The notes under the pieces were generated by a model. The model saw only the letters and a list, made by a program, of their open reading frames with translations. It did not search any database and was not told the origin of the DNA. The translations under genes and the position numbers were made by a program. From a virus, in IMG/VR virus record IMGVR_UViG_3300043411_001114, positions 1 to 64,000 of that record: a DNA stretch of 64,000 bases. One strand, written 5' to 3'. This document shows, one piece after another, positions 58,350-64,000 of the stretch. How positions within the stretch are numbered: position 1 is the first letter of the stretch; each line of letters begins with the position of its first letter.

Positions 58350-61280
58350 TTATTTGGCCTCCCCGAACAGCAGCCATTCGAGATTCTTGGCCTCATCCGG
58401 GGTCTTAGAAGAACTATAGCTCAATTCCTCGCTGGTCCCCTGTACTGCGGCGGCCAGCGCGCGGCGCTCGTTGCATATCTGCCATATCCGTTCCTCCACC
58501 GAGTCCTCGGTGATGAGAACGTAGGCGGTCAAACCGTCCAGGTGGGAGTCTGTGCGGTCGATGCGGGCATTGCGCTGGGCCAGGTCGTCGTAGGAGTAGG
58601 TGGGGTCGACGCTGATGACATACCGGGCCTCCTGCAGGTTCAAGCCGTAGGTTCCCGCATCGGAGGAGCAGAAGGCGGTGATGTCGGGATCGGCCTTGAA
58701 GCGATCCTGAGCGGCCTGGGACTCCGCTGCGGACTGTCCGGTGGCGTAGTGCAGAACGTGCGGCACCGTTAGATGTGGGGCCAGCGGGAGCAGTCCCAGT
58801 TCCGTCCAGTGGCAGAAGACCACCGCCTTGTCCTGAGCCTCCCGGACACCCTCCAGCATCCCGTTGAGGACCTCGATCTTCCCCGAGTGGGTGGCATCGA
58901 ACAGGTCGGGCCGTTGGGCGAGAATGTCGGCGGCGACCTCGCTCTTCGAGTTGAGCAGCGCCGCCGGGTTGATGCAGGCGATCCGGGCCGCCAGGTAGTG
59001 GTGGGCGAGACTCTCGCCCTTATCCCGGGCCTGACGGGCGCTGTCGAGGATCAGGCCGAGCAACTGCTCGGTGCCCGGAGTGGCCTGGACGTACATCGGG
59101 ATGGTCTCGATGCCCCGGAACTGCTCCTGCACCCCGGGGTCGGTCTTGCGGACAGCCATCGTCCAGTCGCCGACCCGGTGCCGTATCTCCTGCAGTTTGA
59201 CGAGGTTCCAGTCGTAGGTGACGAACCCGAAGGATCGACCGGTTCGGGTCTTCATCGGGACATTGCGAACCCGGTCGGCGTAGCGCTGAATAAAGTCGGT
59301 CTTGGTCGATAGCGGGTTGTGCCCCTCCTGGCCGTCGAGGGAGAAGACGTCCCGGTACCGCAGCGGGTTGCCTCCGACCACGGTGGCACTCATCGGCCAC
59401 ACAATGGCATGACAGGCCCTCACCATCCTGTCGAGCGCCTGGCGGGCCTTGTTGGGGGTCGAGTCGGTGATCAGCTTGGAAGCCTCGTCAAGCACCCACA
59501 AGACCCGCTTCCCGGCAATCAGGGTGATCAAGTCTTCCTCGTCGTGCCAGAGTTTCTCGTAGTTCATGACGTAGACCTGGTGACCGGCGGCGTACATCTT
59601 GCGGCGCTTGGCCTTGGTGCCGTCAGTGACCACCGCGTCCAGCCCGGCCGGGGCCTGGAAGGTGCGGCAGAGGTTGATTTTGAGTTTGGACAGCGTGCAG
59701 GCGATGACCAGGTCGACGTCGTCGTGATTGAACAACTCCAGGGCACCGGCCCCTGAGCAATGGCTATTGTGAGTGACATTATGTCCCCGAGTAACGTAAA
59801 GATTGTTCTGAGCGGCTACGGTGATGCACACCTGTTCCTCAGACATACCTTCATCGAAGACGTTGGAAATGATTTTGTTCGGAATCTGACGCTGCACGGG
59901 CGGACAGTAGGCTTGGGCTTTGCGTGATAGCCGGAACGGCATGACGTCAGGCGGAAATACGATGCTGACACGCCAAGATTGACGACCAGGAATACGATCA
60001 CCGTTTTTGTCGGTGTACTTGGTGATTCTTCCCGAGGAAATGGTGGCTCTGCCCCGCAGGCCACGAACAAGATCAGCCACCTGATCCCGAAGAGCCTCAC
60101 TGGTGGTGGAAAACTCCACTCCAGTCTTTCCTGAGTAGGCATGGCCATCGGTGTCCAGAAGTCCCTGGAGTAGGGCTAATCTCTCAGCAGCAGAAGATCG
60201 TAAATAGTTCTCGGGAACATGTTTCTCGTAAGAGAATTGTCCCCAAAGACCCATGTCCTTCAAAACACGCCTGATCGAAGCCGGAACCATGGCGACTGCA
60301 GTGTGTTCGGTTTCCGTCGCCGTCACACGATTCCATCCGAACTGATCAATAATTTCTTTATCGGTGTGAATACTGTCAGCTCGGAAACACCCATCTCCAA
60401 GAAGAACCCCGAGCATGTAGGGGGGTAGTGGCAAGGATTCTGGAAGCGGCGAAAAATGAACTGTCTCAAGCGCCGGAATCTGCCAGCGATGCTTTCCCCG
60501 TTCGGGCAGGTTGACCATGATTTCTTTGGTGGTGAGAGTTTTCCAAGGAGCCTCTTCGATACGCTCTTTTCTGGTCGGGTCACTGAGGGAAGGACCACGA
60601 CGTCGGGTGCTGGATTTTCGTACATTCCAGAGGTGATCTCCGTCGCATCTGACGAAAGTCTTGTCGTTGAACTCGACGCGATAAACAGAACGCACACCCT
60701 GAGGGTGTACTGCAATCACCGAAGTGGCCATGCCGTCTGAGCCAATAACCTGATCGCCGGGCCGCAAATCCCCCATGGTGCGCCATCCTGTCGGGGTGAG
60801 CACAGGCTCACTGACGGGTTCCGCCTTCCCGGACCCGGCCGCCCAATTCCAGAACCAGAACCTGTCGGTGTTTGTCTGACCGTTCCTGGCCCGCTCCAGC
60901 GCCCGGTTCATACTGAACGTCTGGAACGGCTTGAGGGTGTAGCCCTCGATGTCCAGCGGGGCGTTCCAGCGGGCCACGTCCTCCCGGACGGCCTGCGCCG
61001 AGGGTGTCCAGACGGGATGGTAGCCGTCCTTTTCGAGCGCCTCGATGAACTGGTCGGCCAGGTGCAGGCCGTTGAGGATGAGATACCGGCTCACCCAGTC
61101 CTTGTGCCGTTCCAGGAACAGCCCACGGCTGGTCTCGTCCAGCGGTTCGAACGACAGGTTGTCGGGATAGTCGGGATGCTGGTCGACCAGGATGATGCGC
61201 GATTCGGGGACACCGGAGTCGAGTAGGGCGATCACGTCCCTCTCGGTGGCATCGAGGGTCACGGTGTCCTGGTCGGTCAT
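58350..61280 (-). CDS. SNF2-type (SF2) helicase containing an intein
   Basis: GSGK|S Walker A, MNYE, LDEAS, SAT, GLNLQ.A and QRNARIDR. Confidence 0.88.
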   Translation of the reverse strand: MTDQDTVTLDATERDVIALLDSGVPESRIILVDQHPDYPDNLSFEPLDETSRGLFLERHKDWVSRYLILNGLHLADQFIEALEKDGYHPVWTPSAQAVREDVARWNAPLDIEGYTLKPFQTFSMNRALERARNGQTNTDRFWFWNWAAGSGKAEPVSEPVLTPTGWRTMGDLRPGDQVIGSDGMATSVIAVHPQGVRSVYRVEFNDKTFVRCDGDHLWNVRKSSTRRRGPSLSDPTRKERIEEAPWKTLTTKEIMVNLPERGKHRWQIPALETVHFSPLPESLPLPPYMLGVLLGDGCFRADSIHTDKEIIDQFGWNRVTATETEHTAVAMVPASIRRVLKDMGLWGQFSYEKHVPENYLRSSAAERLALLQGLLDTDGHAYSGKTGVEFSTTSEALRDQVADLVRGLRGRATISSGRITKYTDKNGDRIPGRQSWRVSIVFPPDVMPFRLSRKAQAYCPPVQRQIPNKIISNVFDEGMSEEQVCITVAAQNNLYVTRGHNVTHNSHCSGAGALELFNHDDVDLVIACTLSKLKINLCRTFQAPAGLDAVVTDGTKAKRRKMYAAGHQVYVMNYEKLWHDEEDLITLIAGKRVLWVLDEASKLITDSTPNKARQALDRMVRACHAIVWPMSATVVGGNPLRYRDVFSLDGQEGHNPLSTKTDFIQRYADRVRNVPMKTRTGRSFGFVTYDWNLVKLQEIRHRVGDWTMAVRKTDPGVQEQFRGIETIPMYVQATPGTEQLLGLILDSARQARDKGESLAHHYLAARIACINPAALLNSKSEVAADILAQRPDLFDATHSGKIEVLNGMLEGVREAQDKAVVFCHWTELGLLPLAPHLTVPHVLHYATGQSAAESQAAQDRFKADPDITAFCSSDAGTYGLNLQEARYVISVDPTYSYDDLAQRNARIDRTDSHLDGLTAYVLITEDSVEERIWQICNERRALAAAVQGTSEELSYSSSKTPDEAKNLEWLLFGEAK
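59766..60824 (-). mobile_element. Class 3 intein with LAGLIDADG endonuclease (353 aa)
   Basis: Starts with Ala (AEPVSEPVLTPTGW); DHLW, VCITV, VTHN|S give the W-C-T triplet; LGVLLGDG and LLQGLLDTDG. Confidence 0.92.
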
Positions 61281-61310
61281 CCTGCGATTTTACCCTGCCA
61301 CCAGGGTGTT

Positions 61311-61340
61311 TTGCAGATTCTCAGACAGTGGTGGTACAAA
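61311..61340 (+). promoter_or_regulatory. SigA-type promoter
   Basis: TTGCAG-N18-TACAAA with TGn extension. Confidence 0.5.
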
Positions 61341-61345
61341 TTACG

Positions 61346-61700
61346 AAAATCCCTCGAACATAAGGAGACACCACCCCGGCGTTATGCGGACGAGTCCGCC
61401 GGGTTACCAAACCAACCGTTTCCTGCTGCTACCTGGCACCTAATACGTCCTCGTAGTTGTGCTCACTCCCCAAACGCTCGGACAGGCGGGCTACCTGATC
61501 TGTGGGTCGCGAACCCGGTGATGGTCGGATCGAAGCCCCTTGGCCAGAAGAGGTCAAGGGGCCAGACGTGGTGCGGGACAATCGGTGAGCGGTCAATGGG
61601 AGGTCATGGCCCTGGGAGGTCCCAGAGGGCATGGGTTACTTGTGTCCTCTTCCTCCGAGGAATAACTGCAGGTCTGGAACACCACCAATACAGACTGAAG
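61346..61700 (+). ncRNA. Candidate structured RNA or long structured leader
   Basis: Several local and nested long-range stems in a ~450-nt intergenic region downstream of a promoter. Confidence 0.4.
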
Positions 61701-61734
61701 ACTTTCAAACTACTTTTGAGCTACCCTGTAGGGC

Positions 61735-62097
61735 ATGAAGGTTAAAGACGACCAGTCATGGTCCTTGCAGATGGCTGAGTTCTCCGCAGACGAGTCAAGC
61801 ATCAAGTTCCGGGATTTTCTGGTGTTGTGGGTGGATACCGCAGAGATGGTCATGCAGGACGGTAATGGCTCGAAGCACCCCCATGACAGTCTCAGCAAAG
61901 CATTCGAGGTAGCTGAGCAAAGTTTGGGGTATTTATCGGTGGAATGGCTGGGCCAGATGCTGCTGGTGATCGTCCAGCACTGGGTTAACGGCGATCGGGT
62001 GTGGGATGCCATGAGCGTGTGGGAGCGCAGGATGGTGGAGCAGGCCACCGCCCTGAAGCTGGTCGAACTGCAGGGTTCTGCGCAGATGGGCGAGTAG
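61735..62097 (+). CDS. Hypothetical protein
   Basis: 120-aa ORF with plausible codon use. Confidence 0.65.
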   Translation: MKVKDDQSWSLQMAEFSADESSIKFRDFLVLWVDTAEMVMQDGNGSKHPHDSLSKAFEVAEQSLGYLSVEWLGQMLLVIVQHWVNGDRVWDAMSVWERRMVEQATALKLVELQGSAQMGE

Positions 62098-62110
62098 TCT
62101 CCACACCGGC

Positions 62111-62139
62111 TTGACTTTACTGTTTTTATAGCTCATACT
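62111..62139 (+). promoter_or_regulatory. SigA-type promoter
   Basis: TTGACT-N17-CATACT followed by a CA-rich leader and AAGGGAG. Confidence 0.7.
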
Positions 62140-62181
62140 AATAGAGCAAGCAGCCACCACCACCAACAAGGGAGTCACCAC

Positions 62182-62898
62182 ATGACCGCCACCATCGCCA
62201 CCACCGACATCGCCACCATCCTGGCCAACGCGGAGGCCAACTACGTCAAGGCGATCCTGGCCAAGACCGAGGCCGAGGCGCTGGAGAACGTCAAGAAGTC
62301 CGGCTCGTCGGTCGCCCAGCGCAAGGCCTCCATCAACAAGGCCCTCGCCGAGGCGAACAAGCAGGCCATCGCGGCCCATGTCGCGGCGTTGAAGTCGATC
62401 CCGACCGAGGCCTCGGCCCTCGCCGCGATCGGTGACGAGGTCTCCGACAACGGCCTGACCACCGACCAGGCGGTCCTGGCGATGGAGCACGTCCTGCACA
62501 TCAAGGCGGCGAAGGACCTGATCGACGCCACCTACGAGGCGACCCGGGCGATGGTCTACCGCACGATGGACCTCGCCTTCGCCGACGAGGAGTTCCCCGA
62601 GCACACCAACGGGGTGATCGACGTCCCCGAGACCGGGAAGCGTTTCGCCCGCGAGGGTGCCGGTCGCAAGCCCGCCACCATCGACAACAAGGCCCTGGCC
62701 GACGCGATCGGTGCCGAGTTGTGGGACGAGATCAGCACCGAGCAGGTCACCGTCAAGCGTGTGATCGACGAGGAGAAGCTGGCGGCGGTGGTCGCCGACC
62801 ACCCCGAACTGCTGGAGGCCATCCGGGGCGCAGTCGTCCCGGGCGAGTGGAAGACCCCGCGCCTGATGGTGCGCAACATTCCCCCAACGAAGGAGTAG
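62182..62898 (+). CDS. Helical hypothetical protein, probably highly expressed early
   Basis: Strong promoter and SD, extreme GC3 bias. Confidence 0.8.
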   Translation: MTATIATTDIATILANAEANYVKAILAKTEAEALENVKKSGSSVAQRKASINKALAEANKQAIAAHVAALKSIPTEASALAAIGDEVSDNGLTTDQAVLAMEHVLHIKAAKDLIDATYEATRAMVYRTMDLAFADEEFPEHTNGVIDVPETGKRFAREGAGRKPATIDNKALADAIGAELWDEISTEQVTVKRVIDEEKLAAVVADHPELLEAIRGAVVPGEWKTPRLMVRNIPPTKE

Positions 62899-62900
62899 TG

Positions 62901-63464
62901 ATGGAGCACGACCTCGATGTGATCGACGTCGTCCCGACCGGAAGCCCCGAGGTTGACCCTCGGGGCGTTTCGGTTGTGGAGCCGCTGGAGATTGACGAGA
63001 CCCCGGTGGAGAGGCCGGGCGGTGAGTTGATGGCCGATGCGGGACTGGAGTTGTCCTACTCAACCGACTCGGCGGCAGAGTTCTTCAACCGCTCGAACCA
63101 GTGGCTTTACTGGGGCCTGCGGGAGGGGGTGTTCACCTACGAGGACGGCACCACGATCGAGCCGATCCGCATCGGCCCCGATCAGCGCCGCCGATTCACC
63201 CTGGCGGTGATCAAAGAGATCATGAAGTGCTGCTACCGGCGCGGAAACTTCAGCAAGAACGACGTCGAGATCATCATGACCCGCATCAAGCTGGCCGAAA
63301 AGGGCGTCGAGTGGCGCGAGGTCGAGGGCTGGCGTTACGCCAAGACCGGCCGGTCGACCTGGCGGTGGGTTCCGCCCGACGAGGCGGTTCGAGACCAGTT
63401 CACCGGCGAGTGGGAGTGGGTCGGGAAGATCAAGCAGCGTCGGGGCAAGAAGCCGCGCCAGTGA
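62901..63464 (+). CDS. HTH (MerR-like) DNA-binding protein
   Basis: YST..AAEFF.RS.QWL.W...R....RR.FTL; AAGGAG SD. Confidence 0.65.
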   Translation: MEHDLDVIDVVPTGSPEVDPRGVSVVEPLEIDETPVERPGGELMADAGLELSYSTDSAAEFFNRSNQWLYWGLREGVFTYEDGTTIEPIRIGPDQRRRFTLAVIKEIMKCCYRRGNFSKNDVEIIMTRIKLAEKGVEWREVEGWRYAKTGRSTWRWVPPDEAVRDQFTGEWEWVGKIKQRRGKKPRQ

Positions 63465-64000
63465 CCAAGCCCGCCGACGCGATCAGATCGGTGATCGACG
63501 AGTCGCTTGCCGGTCAGCGCGACAACTTCCGTAAGGTTCTGGCGGCCCGATCCACCGACGAACCGCTGCCGGTGGCCCGCACCGAACTGCTGTACGTCTG
63601 GGATGCCTACGGCAATCAGTTCCTGGACTTCGGTGCCCTCAATGCGCCGATCGGCCACCTCTCCCCTGCGGTTCTGGGGCTGGTCAAAGACCAGATGCGG
63701 TACGCGATCACCGGACCCGAGCAGGGATCCTCCCTCGACCGGTGGCCGATACAGTACGCCGCCGACCTGGCGTCCTCGTTCGCCGGACTCTGGGGCGGTG
63801 CCGGGGTGCAGGTGCTGTTCTGTGAGGGTCAGCACGATGCGGTCTCGACCGCCGCCAGGATGGTGTGGTCCAGCGACCGGACCCGGCTCACGGTGCTCTC
63901 ATCCGGGCTGCACGACTGGCTCTCTCCGGCCCTGGGGAGGGTGAACCACCGCAGCCCGCTGGAGGTGCCACACATCGGGGGCTGGACGGGCGGGCTGCTG
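63461..64000 (+). CDS. Class III aminotransferase-like protein, truncated by window end (not in track)
   Basis: GTGA overlap; YVWDAYGNQFLDF....PIGH..P.V...VKDQ matches the class III PLP aminotransferase N-terminus. Confidence 0.75.
   Translation, partial: MTKPADAIRSVIDESLAGQRDNFRKVLAARSTDEPLPVARTELLYVWDAYGNQFLDFGALNAPIGHLSPAVLGLVKDQMRYAITGPEQGSSLDRWPIQYAADLASSFAGLWGGAGVQVLFCEGQHDAVSTAARMVWSSDRTRLTVLSSGLHDWLSPALGRVNHRSPLEVPHIGGWTGGLL

Noticed and set aside
61311-61745. 144-aa ORF
   Set aside because: It starts at a TTG inside the -35 box, has atypical codons and no RBS; the region is better explained by RNA structure

Overview
A 64 kb, GC-rich segment of a large contractile-tailed actinobacteriophage. 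Gene order and the capsid, sheath and baseplate proteins resemble cluster C (Bxz1-like) mycobacteriophages; this is recognition, not a database match. The + strand carries most of the virion module: scaffold-like protein, capsid decoration, major capsid, tail fibre and tailspike, neck, sheath, tube, frameshifted tail chaperone, tape measure, hub and baseplate. It is followed by a metallophosphoesterase, a minus-strand Rha/ANT regulator, an intein-containing SNF2-type helicase and a truncated class III aminotransferase. Selfish elements are two free-standing homing-endonuclease genes (after the capsid and tail-tube genes) and two LAGLIDADG inteins, one in a baseplate protein. The most striking unexplained system is five unrelated genes sharing an 18-aa N-terminal leader (MxRRhhTAREQxxMLxPW) followed by an R-x-A/G site. 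The leader is fused to four ADP-ribosyltransferase-like domains and one GNAT-containing protein, and is a candidate capsid-targeting tag for packaged, injected effectors. These genes are linked to a late-promoter-like motif (CCTG[T/G]-N22-AAnnnnTR, 9 copies) and to a repeated cassette of early promoter, small ORF, terminator/RBS-hiding hairpin and cargo gene. Other notable signals are an inverted, codon-degenerate copy of the capsid 3' end before an endonuclease promoter, tandem cutinase-like genes in the baseplate module, and a candidate ~300-nt structured RNA at 61.35-61.70 kb.
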